Assembly: GCA_963666835.2 (NCBI GenBank)
Contig: CAXXGO010000001.1
Coordinates: forward strand, 1,440,001-1,504,000
Reading direction: 5' to 3'
DNA from: Phycisphaerae bacterium
GTDB lineage: Bacteria; Planctomycetota; Phycisphaerae; UBA1845
Length of the DNA stretch: 64,000 nt
The notes under the pieces are model-generated. The model had not been told where the DNA came from, ran no database searches, and worked only from the letters and a program-made list of their open reading frames with translations. The position numbers and the translations under genes were made by a program. Positions 42,037 to 51,242 of the stretch are shown here, piece by piece (position 1 is the stretch's first letter; each line of letters begins with the position of its first letter).

Positions 42037-42375
42037 TCAGGATACGTTTAGGTCTCCGAAATAGACTCCGTAGAAATCGTTTTCCGAGTCATCGATGATT
42101 TTCATCACGCGCCAATCCACTTCATCGCCTTCGTAACCCTTGTTTCGCGATGATGTATATCCTTTCGGAAGAAGCGAAGAATCGCCGAACACAATCTTCC
42201 CCAGCATCATCTCAGGCGGCATGTCGATATGGATAGGAGACTCAAGAAGTATTTGGTGCTCCTCGCCGTTAAGTACATCGATGCGTACGGATAGGACAAG
42301 CCTATTGTTATTGTATTCAACGACTCGAAGAAGTGAGTCGTCGGCGTCATCCGCAAGCACGTCTGTCAGGTCCAT
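42037..42375 (-). CDS. cognate immunity candidate of the full-length Rhs
   Basis: 112 aa, acidic. Overlaps the Rhs stop; AGGAGG RBS lies inside the Rhs 3' end. Confidence 0.8.
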   Translation of the reverse strand: MDLTDVLADDADDSLLRVVEYNNNRLVLSVRIDVLNGEEHQILLESPIHIDMPPEMMLGKIVFGDSSLLPKGYTSSRNKGYEGDEVDWRVMKIIDDSENDFYGVYFGDLNVS

Positions 42376-45300
42376 GTCTGTCCTCCTAGTAATAGGTCGG
42401 AGCCCGGAGGTAAGTGTGGATCCCCGCCTCCAGGTGGAGGCACATGTCGGTCAATGTCTCTATTGCCGGGGCCGTGTGGCCTGTTGTGATGATAATGGGG
42501 ACCCTCTCGGTAGGGATTGCGTGGGAAGTTGGGATTGGTGTGCGGATGACCGGGGTGATACTCATATATTTTCTTTCCGTAGATCGGCCTGCCCTTTGGG
42601 TCGAGACCTTTGAATTCGCGCCATGTGTGCTTCCCATTGGAGCCTTTCACTCGCTGCAGGCCTCGTGGTTTGAAGTTCTTCGGATTGTGAGGAAATGTCT
42701 TATGTCTCCGGGTTTTCTTCGTTGCCGTTTTTGCTGCCTTTTTTGTTTCTTCCTTCGCACCTTTAATGAACGCCTTCGCGCCCTGTTTGCCAATTGCTTT
42801 GGCAGCACCGGCGACGCCGATGGCCGTTCCGGCGGCGGTTATGATCCCGCCGGCTGTTGACGCGGCTGCGTCACGGTTGTCGGAGTCGAAGGTCGTTCCG
42901 CCGACGGAATCAATCAACCCGGCGGTGACCTCGCTGGCGATCGCGTCCGCCGTGCCGTGGGTGCGGTCCGAGTTGCTTCTGGCGAACTCGTCCAGGGCCG
43001 CGTCGTAAACGCCCTCCGGCGGATCCCAGTAGCCGGTTATAAACCAGTCGAGCGGCCCGAGCCCGTACGGATCCAGCATCACCCACGGGTCGTTTCCGAC
43101 GTACGAGTAGCCGTTGCCCAGTTCCAGTGGGTCGGTCCAGATTCCGATTCGGTCGCGGGTTGTGAACCGCCCGGCGATGGGGTCGAGGTACCTCGTACGG
43201 TAATAGTATAACCCGGTTTCAGGGTCGATGCGACGACCCGTGAACAGATACGGGTTGCCGATCGCCGAGACTTGCTGGTGCGTGGGCTGACCGTTGTGGT
43301 CGAGATACTCCGGACTGCCAAAGTCGCCGTATTCGTAACGTTCGACCACCACGCCGCTTGCGTCGGTCACGGCCACGACGTTGTACATGTCGTCGGTGTG
43401 GAAGAAGTAGTCCTCGGGCGTGCCGTCGCCGTTGACGTCCCGACGCATACTCAACACTTCATCGATGTAATCCCCGTAGACGTACGTAGCCAGGGTTGCC
43501 CCGGTCTCGTCCTGCTCTTCGATAACCCGCCAGCCGTCGTAGAAGTAGCGGACCTCCTTCCGATGCGCTCCGAGCGCGTCGGTGATCTTCGCAATCCTCC
43601 GGCCGAGAGCGTCGTAGAGGTACCGGTGCGTCTGCCCGGTGCGGAGGTCCTCGTACCGCACCATCTGATTGTGGAAATCGTACGTCAGTAAGGCGCGCAT
43701 GCTCGGGCAGGTTGCCCCGGCGGATGACGAAGCGGCGGCTGCCTCTCCGCACGGTGCCGCGGGCGTGCCGGGGTCGTAAGGGTACGGCTCGCCGCCGAAG
43801 GCCTGGACGAGGAGCAGAACGTCGGACATGTTGACGACGCGGTTGGGCCCCTCGTTATGCACATCCACCCATTCATCCGGCGGGGCGATGGGGTCGTTTG
43901 CGAACGCCTGCATACAGGCCATCAGGTCGTTCATGCTCATGTTGCCCTCGGGTGCCATCCACTGGCCCTCGACGAACGACCCGACGCAGTCACCCCAGAA
44001 CTTCACTCCGGGCCTGGCACAGGTGTTGACTTCAAACGGCTCGGAGATGCTGATCTCGTTGTACGCCCGGATCTCGAAGGTCGACTCCGGACCGATCGCG
44101 CAGTCGTAGACGTGAATGACCGGCTCATCCCAGACGCGGATCACCGGCGTCGAGCCCAGCGGGTAATAGCCGTCGACGGCCCCGTCGTCGCCGTCGTTGC
44201 CGACCCACTTGACCATCCCGACGGCGTCGGGGAAGTAGGTGTTCGCGGTCATCTCGACCCGAAACGCCACCGGCTCACCCGCGTTCTGCGGATCGAACGA
44301 CAGATACCGGTTCTTCGGCGCATCATCCGGCGCGGCCGGCGAGGCAGGCGGCTCGACAGTCGGCGCGATTATAGCCGTGAGGTTGCCGTGGAGATCGTAG
44401 AACCGCGCGTCAAGCGGCGTGAGCGTATACTGATTACTCTGACAATCACCCGGCTCGGGTAGCGTAGGGTCACAGGAATAGGCCCCGCCGCACGCGTCCC
44501 CGGTAACGGCCGACCGATTACCCACCCCGTCAAGAGAGAACTCGGTCTCCCGAACGACGCTGGGCAGGGGGGTACTTACGTCAACACCTCGCAGGCGATC
44601 GAGGGCATCGTAGGCGAGATCGTGCGTATACTGACGACCGCCGGACCGGACGTCTTTCCGCTGCCTTTTGTTGCCGGCCTGATCCCACGTGAACGTCCGC
44701 TCATCGACGATCCCCCCGGTCGGCGTCCACGAGTGCTTGGCGCGGACGATCTGCTTGACGCCGAAGTCGTCGGCCGGATTGGGTACTCCGATTATGCCGT
44801 CGTACTCGAAGTCGCTCTGCGTGCCGTTTCGGAAGGTCCGGCGCTCGAGCCGGTCGAAGCCTATGTAGTCGTGAACGGCAAGTTCTCCGAACTCGTCCGC
44901 AACGCTATTCAGGCGGTCGAGTTCGTCGAACGTAGCCGTGATGGTCCTCCCGCCGGGGTATACGATCGACTGCCGGTTACGCATCCCGTCGTGGGTCGCG
45001 GTGCGCGTTCCGCTGGTCTGGAACCCACCCGCATCAATTGTCAGGGTTTCGTCGACGACGTTCCCAAGCGAGTCAAACGTCCGGGTGACAACGGAATCGT
45101 CATCCTCGGCGTGAACGAGTCGGGAAAGCCCGTCGTAACGGTAAACCTCTACCGTGGTATCGTCCGACACCCCCGGCCCGGGAGTGATTTCGGCGCGGAC
45201 GAGTCGGTTAACCAGGTCGCGCGTAAGAGCCACCGTACTGCCGGAGGCGTACGTGCGAAGGACCGTTCTGCTGAAGACGTCGTATCCGGGGGTGAAGGAA

Positions 45301-48300
45301 CTTAAGTCCGGCTCGGCTTGCCCCAAAGGCCAGACCGCTCCGGAGCCGATCTGGTGAACCGTGCCGTCGGCCATCTGTACGGCGAACTGGCGGTTGAGCG
45401 CGTCAAACGCATAACGGGTGGTGTTCCCGGCGTCATCGGTTCTGGCCGTCAGGCGTGACGAGTCGTCCCAGGTCTGGCCGATGACGATGTCGTCGCCGTT
45501 CCCGTCGGCTCCGTCGCCGTCGAGGTCGTGAATCATCTCCACGAGGCGATCCAACCCATCGAACCGGTAGCGCGACTCATGATCCAGGCCGTCGACCAGC
45601 CGGGTCAGGTTGTAGCGCGAATCGTAGAACTCGTGAATCGTGCTGCCGGATTCGTCAGTGACGCCGGTCAGCCGATCGAGATTGTCGTAGCTGTATGTGG
45701 TCAGGAACGGCTGGTCACTCTCGCCGAGATCAGACTTATCCAACTCGGTGAGACTCGTGACGTTAGAGTTGGCGTCGTAACCGAAGGTGGTTGTGCTTCC
45801 CTTGGCGTCGGTGATGACCTCCAGGCGGCCGGCGGTGTCGTAGCCGGCCTGGCCGATGTGCCCGTTGTCATCCTCGACCGCGATGAGGTTCCAGTCTTCG
45901 TCATAGCAGAACAACCGCGTCGCGAGTCCGTCGCCGATGTCGTCCCCTTCGGGATCGAAGAAGTCGGTGTTGATGCGGACCAGCCGGTCCACCTCGTCGT
46001 AAACGAACGACCTGCTCAGGAGCAGGGAGTTGCTGCCGGAGACACCCTCGATTCGTTCGCCGTAGACCCTCGCCGAGGTTGGGTTACCGTTATCGTCGTA
46101 GACTATCTCCGCAGTGTTGCCCTCGGGGTCGCTGATGTCGGTGAGGCGACCGTACGGGTCGTACGAGAAGTCGTGAACGTGCGGGACGCCCTCCAAACCG
46201 GTGATGACGCGGATCGGGTCTTTGTCGACGTTGAAGTCGATTCGGGCGCTGGATTGCTCCGAATCGCCCTCGGCCCGCACGAAGCGAAGCGGTAGCCCGC
46301 GCTCGTCGTGGTAAAGCCGCAGGGTGTTGTTCGGCTGACGCCCTTCGACCGCTTCGCCCAGGCGGACAAGCGTTTTTTGGCCGTTCTTGTTGTATTCATA
46401 CTCCGTAAAGACGAACTCGGATTCCGGCAGGCCGTCGCACGACGGCTGGTCCGGCGTTCCCGGAATCGCCCCGGTGTAGCTGCCGGTTTCTCCGCACACC
46501 CGCGTTACACGATCGAGGGCGTTATGTTCGAAGATCGTCGTGAAGTGCGTGTTCGGTTGGATAACGCCTTCGTCATCGATGTTCTGCACGTCGATGCGCA
46601 CAAGGTTGTTGTTCGCATCGTAGAACACGTCGGTTTGGTAGTAGACGCCGCTTCCGTCGGAGACTTCGGCAGAGATCTCCCGAACCACCTGGTCCAACTC
46701 GTTGACGATATACTCGGTGCTGTGCTGACGCGGGTCCGTCACTCGGGTGACGTTGCCGGCGCCATCGTATTCATAGCACGTAGCCAACCCCAGATTGTCC
46801 GCGTCGACCGTAACGCAGTGCAGATACCCGTTCATGGGGCCGCTGTCGTGATAGGTCAAGGTATCGACGCGACCGGTCGGGCCCACATAGCGCTGAAGTT
46901 GCCCGAAGCTGTTGTACTCCCATGAGTGCTCGATAGTCTGGGTGCCGCCGCCGCAAACTCCGACTGTAACCGGGGGAAGCGTAGTGTGCGTGCGGTCTCC
47001 CGTTGCCGGATCGTAATCGTGCGTGGTCAGGTTCCCCCGGCGATCCCAGTAATGGGTGACGAATTGCGAGCCGCCACCTCGACCGCCGCCGAATCCGTCC
47101 AAGTACTCGAAGCGTTCAACGATCGGATCGTCAGTGATCACGGGTTCATACGTTCGGCTCAGTACGTTGCCCCGGGCACGGGGGTTCTCGTTGTCCTGAT
47201 CGAATTCGGTAAGAACGGAGCTGCCCTCCGAATGGCGAGTGTAGGGGGCTTGCGAGTGGGCGTTCCAGACGTTCCAAGTGTCGTAGTACGAGAGATCGGT
47301 GTCGCGCAGCCGGATGCCCGGGCGGTTGTCAGTCAGCGTGGTCGGTAGGGTGGGATCTGCCCGGCCGGTATACTCACGCCTAAGGGTCATCCGGTGCCCC
47401 GCGTCGAAATACTGATGCTCGACGTTGCCCATCCGGTCGTTGATGATCGTGAGCGTCGAGGCCAGCCCGTTGGTGTAATCCGGGGTCTGGGGTATGTAGA
47501 CGTAGCTGATGATGTCTCCGTCGAGGTTCTCTTGAATCACGCGGTCGACGCTCGAACTGCCCGTGTCGTTGTCGTAGGTCGTTATCGAGTATTCCTGCCC
47601 CTTCCCGTCGAAGATCGAGATCAGGTTGTGGTTAAGCCGGTCGTCGGCGAAGCCAGTCGAGTAGGTGTAGCCGACGATCTTGCCGATCGGGAAGTCGTTC
47701 CCGGTCGGTGTTCCGGTAACGGTGGGCGAGATGACCGCGGCCAGATCCCCGTAGGAGCCGCTGGCATGCCCGTCCGGGTAGTATTCGTATTGCACCTGGC
47801 GGCCGAGGAAGTCCGTTACACTCTGCAGAAACCCGTTGCAGTTGTAGGCGAACGTGATCTGCCGACCGAGAGTATCGAGCACGGAAACCAGCCGTCCCGT
47901 TGCGGGGTCGTACGTGAAGGTCATCTCATTGCCGTGGCGGTCCGCCATCGCGATGATCTTCCCCGCGGTCGGTGATCCGTTTAACGGAGCGAACGTCCAT
48001 AGATCGCCGTCGTCGTGATGCATGACGAAAGTACCGTTCGTCTCGTGTACGATTATCGCGAAGTACTCATTGCGTTCGTACCAGTCTTTGACGTGATTGA
48101 GTTGAAAGACGTCGCGACGATGATCGCCGGCGTAGAAAGTCAGCTCGCTGCCGCCTTCTATCGCCACGCGCATGTTGTACGACATATCCCAGTTGTTGCC
48201 TTGCACAGTCTGGGTCTCGGCGCGGCTTCGATAGGTCCGGCGCAGGACGAAATCGAGCCCCCGTCCTGGGATGTACAGGTCCTCTACCTCCTCGACCCGC

Positions 48301-49133
48301 TCTCCGGAGGAATGATATACACCCGAGATCTGCTCGTTTCCGCGCGGGGGGTCGCCGTCACAATCCTCTCGCTGACTGCAGTCAACCGGAGCGGGGCAGG
48401 CCATCGTGTCGCAAGATGATCCATCCCCTTGGTAGTTTCCGCCGTTTGCATCGCACCACGAGCCTGACGCGCTCTCGCAAGTGCCGTCCGGCATGCAGCA
48501 CGCGCCTCCGCAGGGCGAGTCGAGACATGTGACATAGGGGTGATACTCGCCGCCTCCTTCCTCGCAGGCCACTTCGGGGACCCCGCTTCTGCACTCCGTC
48601 GGGTAGCAGCAAGAGCCCTGGCTGCACGGCGTTGCGGCGCAACTTGGCACTGGGTTGTCTCCGACACCAAGCCAACGACCTCCTTCTTCCTCGCAAAGGG
48701 GGCGGTTCATTTGCACGCATGTCTTTCGACAGCCGCGATACCCGGCGCAGGGCTCATCGGTCTGTTGGTCACAAGACTGGGACAGGTCCGACACGCATCG
48801 ATCCACGCAACAAGCCATCGGAAAGCACGCCGCCAGGGCATCGCCTTCGCAGAAGGTGTTGTCGCCCAGGTACGCTCCGGCCGCGGCGCAGTCGGCTTCG
48901 CTCATCTCCGCACAACTGTAGTCCGGCAGGCAGCAGGCTCCCGTGACCTCTCGTGTGCCGGCGACGTTCGTGTCCGCCGGGGCGGCTACGGCCGGGTCGA
49001 TCTTACCGCCGGCCTCTGCTGTCGATTCAGAGATAATGCCGCCGGTCTCGCCCGGCGAGACCACGGCCTGCCCGAACCACGTTGAGCCACAGAACCACAG
49101 GAACATAAGCAGACAGGTGCTTTGAAATGCCAT
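42366..49133 (-). CDS. Rhs/YD-repeat polymorphic toxin with signal peptide, Cys-rich repeats, DUF6531-like segment, dockerin-like insert and His-rich CT
   Basis: 2255 aa, AAGGAG RBS. Hydrophobic N-terminus ending GQA, four GACC-type repeats, EDLYIPGRGLDFVLRRTYRS and many YD repeats. Core is NPYLFTGRRIDPETGLYYYRTRYLDP...PWVMLDPYGL. Confidence 0.95.
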   Translation of the reverse strand: MAFQSTCLLMFLWFCGSTWFGQAVVSPGETGGIISESTAEAGGKIDPAVAAPADTNVAGTREVTGACCLPDYSCAEMSEADCAAAGAYLGDNTFCEGDALAACFPMACCVDRCVSDLSQSCDQQTDEPCAGYRGCRKTCVQMNRPLCEEEGGRWLGVGDNPVPSCAATPCSQGSCCYPTECRSGVPEVACEEGGGEYHPYVTCLDSPCGGACCMPDGTCESASGSWCDANGGNYQGDGSSCDTMACPAPVDCSQREDCDGDPPRGNEQISGVYHSSGERVEEVEDLYIPGRGLDFVLRRTYRSRAETQTVQGNNWDMSYNMRVAIEGGSELTFYAGDHRRDVFQLNHVKDWYERNEYFAIIVHETNGTFVMHHDDGDLWTFAPLNGSPTAGKIIAMADRHGNEMTFTYDPATGRLVSVLDTLGRQITFAYNCNGFLQSVTDFLGRQVQYEYYPDGHASGSYGDLAAVISPTVTGTPTGNDFPIGKIVGYTYSTGFADDRLNHNLISIFDGKGQEYSITTYDNDTGSSSVDRVIQENLDGDIISYVYIPQTPDYTNGLASTLTIINDRMGNVEHQYFDAGHRMTLRREYTGRADPTLPTTLTDNRPGIRLRDTDLSYYDTWNVWNAHSQAPYTRHSEGSSVLTEFDQDNENPRARGNVLSRTYEPVITDDPIVERFEYLDGFGGGRGGGSQFVTHYWDRRGNLTTHDYDPATGDRTHTTLPPVTVGVCGGGTQTIEHSWEYNSFGQLQRYVGPTGRVDTLTYHDSGPMNGYLHCVTVDADNLGLATCYEYDGAGNVTRVTDPRQHSTEYIVNELDQVVREISAEVSDGSGVYYQTDVFYDANNNLVRIDVQNIDDEGVIQPNTHFTTIFEHNALDRVTRVCGETGSYTGAIPGTPDQPSCDGLPESEFVFTEYEYNKNGQKTLVRLGEAVEGRQPNNTLRLYHDERGLPLRFVRAEGDSEQSSARIDFNVDKDPIRVITGLEGVPHVHDFSYDPYGRLTDISDPEGNTAEIVYDDNGNPTSARVYGERIEGVSGSNSLLLSRSFVYDEVDRLVRINTDFFDPEGDDIGDGLATRLFCYDEDWNLIAVEDDNGHIGQAGYDTAGRLEVITDAKGSTTTFGYDANSNVTSLTELDKSDLGESDQPFLTTYSYDNLDRLTGVTDESGSTIHEFYDSRYNLTRLVDGLDHESRYRFDGLDRLVEMIHDLDGDGADGNGDDIVIGQTWDDSSRLTARTDDAGNTTRYAFDALNRQFAVQMADGTVHQIGSGAVWPLGQAEPDLSSFTPGYDVFSRTVLRTYASGSTVALTRDLVNRLVRAEITPGPGVSDDTTVEVYRYDGLSRLVHAEDDDSVVTRTFDSLGNVVDETLTIDAGGFQTSGTRTATHDGMRNRQSIVYPGGRTITATFDELDRLNSVADEFGELAVHDYIGFDRLERRTFRNGTQSDFEYDGIIGVPNPADDFGVKQIVRAKHSWTPTGGIVDERTFTWDQAGNKRQRKDVRSGGRQYTHDLAYDALDRLRGVDVSTPLPSVVRETEFSLDGVGNRSAVTGDACGGAYSCDPTLPEPGDCQSNQYTLTPLDARFYDLHGNLTAIIAPTVEPPASPAAPDDAPKNRYLSFDPQNAGEPVAFRVEMTANTYFPDAVGMVKWVGNDGDDGAVDGYYPLGSTPVIRVWDEPVIHVYDCAIGPESTFEIRAYNEISISEPFEVNTCARPGVKFWGDCVGSFVEGQWMAPEGNMSMNDLMACMQAFANDPIAPPDEWVDVHNEGPNRVVNMSDVLLLVQAFGGEPYPYDPGTPAAPCGEAAAASSSAGATCPSMRALLTYDFHNQMVRYEDLRTGQTHRYLYDALGRRIAKITDALGAHRKEVRYFYDGWRVIEEQDETGATLATYVYGDYIDEVLSMRRDVNGDGTPEDYFFHTDDMYNVVAVTDASGVVVERYEYGDFGSPEYLDHNGQPTHQQVSAIGNPYLFTGRRIDPETGLYYYRTRYLDPIAGRFTTRDRIGIWTDPLELGNGYSYVGNDPWVMLDPYGLGPLDWFITGYWDPPEGVYDAALDEFARSNSDRTHGTADAIASEVTAGLIDSVGGTTFDSDNRDAAASTAGGIITAAGTAIGVAGAAKAIGKQGAKAFIKGAKEETKKAAKTATKKTRRHKTFPHNPKNFKPRGLQRVKGSNGKHTWREFKGLDPKGRPIYGKKIYEYHPGHPHTNPNFPRNPYREGPHYHHNRPHGPGNRDIDRHVPPPGGGDPHLPPGSDLLLGGQTWT

Positions 49134-49640
49134 CGATCACTTCTCCTTTCCGCGGCGCGGGGCGTATCCCGCCCCGGCGCATCCGTTCGACCGAAACTGA
49201 AATGTCCATTGCGAAAGGCCGGCTGCCTGAAGTGCTTTGCATCTTCCAGCGTCCCGACCCTCCACATTGGAAGTGTGTCGAATCCTACTGCACTAGCCGA
49301 TAGCCTGTCAAGTGCCTCTTATGTCACCTACTTGGGTGATACTGCACGGAGGATGTGTTCCATGTGTAGGACATTGTTGGAGGTTTTGTAGGCTATTGAG
49401 GTGAATGGGCGAGGGTGGAGGCTATTCGGGTAAGTGGCAGCGATGGCAGGCTACACAGTTGAATGGGGAAGGGTGTGGTACCGGTGCCGGACGGCGCGCC
49501 GCAGCCCTGCGAGTCGGCGTCGGATGCCACTATCGTGACATAGGAAGAGCTGCTCCCATGACACGTGATGCGGTGCCTGCAGGTTCTGTCGCTCAGCTCG
49601 TAGACGTGGGGCAATGTCTGCAGGTCTTGTTGCTCAGTTC

Positions 49641-49935
49641 GTAGGGCAGGTCGAGGTACGAGACCGGCCGCAACGACGATTGCCGCGCAAAGACCCGCCG
49701 CTATGGCGCCCGCTACGCAAGGACCCGCCCACATGTCGGCATCATGCGATGCCACGGGCCGACAAGTTGGCCAATGCCACCCGTGTGGCCCCCTTCGCAG
49801 GGCAGGTCGATGACCTGTGCTTCTGCGGACCTTGTCGCTCAGAGCGATTGGGAATCGTCAGTCGCCCGAAGGAAGAAGCGTATCCGTGCCGATCCTGCGC
49901 CGGGCACGGCCACACAAGTGTGGGCCATGGCACCC
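49641..49935. repeat. REP-like elements at left end of array
   Basis: GTAGGGCAGGTCGAGGTACGAGACCGGCCG (49641-49670). Palindromes at 49751-49782 and 49903-49935 are related to 56236-56268 and 57544-57576. Confidence 0.65.
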
Positions 49936-50146
49936 GCGCGTCAAGGAGCTGCGACGGAATACGGTGCGTGGCCGGGCGAGTTCCGGCTTGGAATGTGCGG
50001 GCCGCGAAGGTACAATGGGCGCGTGGTCGGCCATAGCGAGCGGTGGGTGACACCGGCCGGGGCGGTAAGGACCGGTTCGGACATCTCGAAGAACCTGCCC
50101 CCGCAAGCCGTGACATGTTCGAGCAAATGGAGGCGTGGGAGCTAAC

Positions 50147-51166
50147 ATGACGAGCCGGGATTGCGCATTTCGAGGCGTAACGGTTCTTCTGGCGCTGTTC
50201 GGCTTGGATGCTAAGGCCGGGGCGGGTGTGAAGACGGCGACAATGTGCCCGCGCTGGGTGTCGGGGGAAACCGTGTACGTGGAGTGGCGTTGGCAAAACG
50301 TCTTGAACTTCAGTGGCGATGGGGTGCCGCAGGGCGGTCAGCGGCAGCGCCAGGACACAACGGTGGGCTACTTGCTGGACGTTGACGACGTGCCCGGCGC
50401 TGGGATGGCCTCGATAACTCTGACGATCGATCGGGTTGCCGTTGCGGCCGAGGGTTCGGCGGGCGAGAGCATGTCTTTTGATACTGATGTGGATACACGG
50501 GTCGGTGCGGCCGGGGGCCTTGATGGTGTGACCGCCGCTATGTTGGGGATGAAGCTGCGCATGGAGGTTGCTGATAATGGCCGGAAGATCGTCGTATCAG
50601 GGATGGAGGCGGTGCGGAAGAGAGTCGAGGCTCTGGACCCGGACAAGGAGGTATACGATCAAATCCGTGGCTTCCTGGATAATGAGGCGGAGCGTTTGTC
50701 CTGGGAGTACTTCTATGGGCCGTTTCCATGTACGGAGGTCGGTGAGAGCACTGTTTGGCGCAGAGACATCCGGTCGCGCAGAAAGCTGCACCGGCTGGAG
50801 TATTCGATAGATGACGTTGAAGACGCGGACGGCAAGTGTGTAGTCGATGTAGAATACTCGGGGACAAGTCGCCCACTGCCGGGTTTCGATCCGGAGCGTT
50901 GGGCAAATGGAGATGTGTTCGACTACGGGACCGCGACAATCAACGGTAATGCGATGATCGACGCAACACGGGGACAATTGGTTGCCATGTCTGATACACT
51001 GAGGGTCGTCAGCCACGCAACGCGCGTTCATCCGGAGGGCGGTCCGCCGCTCAGGACCAGCATTGCCAAGACCCGCCGGCGGACGGTATCCGTGCTAACG
51101 GAGGCCGAGCGCCGGGAGCAGAAGGCCGGCCGAAGGAACGCTAGATCGAAGAAGGCGTCAGGATGA
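50147..51166 (+). CDS. exported beta-rich protein (DUF6263-like)
   Basis: Signal-like N-terminus; LTIDRV....SFDTD....AMLG......V...G....VSG.E pattern. Confidence 0.55.
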   Translation: MTSRDCAFRGVTVLLALFGLDAKAGAGVKTATMCPRWVSGETVYVEWRWQNVLNFSGDGVPQGGQRQRQDTTVGYLLDVDDVPGAGMASITLTIDRVAVAAEGSAGESMSFDTDVDTRVGAAGGLDGVTAAMLGMKLRMEVADNGRKIVVSGMEAVRKRVEALDPDKEVYDQIRGFLDNEAERLSWEYFYGPFPCTEVGESTVWRRDIRSRRKLHRLEYSIDDVEDADGKCVVDVEYSGTSRPLPGFDPERWANGDVFDYGTATINGNAMIDATRGQLVAMSDTLRVVSHATRVHPEGGPPLRTSIAKTRRRTVSVLTEAERREQKAGRRNARSKKASG

Positions 51167-51242
51167 TTCGGCGGGCGGGCGGGCGTGGCGGTATCTGCGG
51201 GATGTGGGGGGGCAAGAAGAACGTGCTGAGGTCGGTGTGCTC

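Noticed and set aside
41263..42375. Selenocysteine read-through fusing immunity 42037-42375 to the in-frame orphan toxin via TGA at 42037-42039
   Set aside because: The frames do coincide, but this has a 1-in-3 chance. There is no Cys/redox context, and the downstream sequence is simply a copy of the Rhs core.
42386..49125. Numerous long plus-strand and alternate-frame ORFs over the Rhs (and similar ones over other genes)
   Set aside because: These are shadow ORFs expected in high-GC coding DNA, with no motifs.
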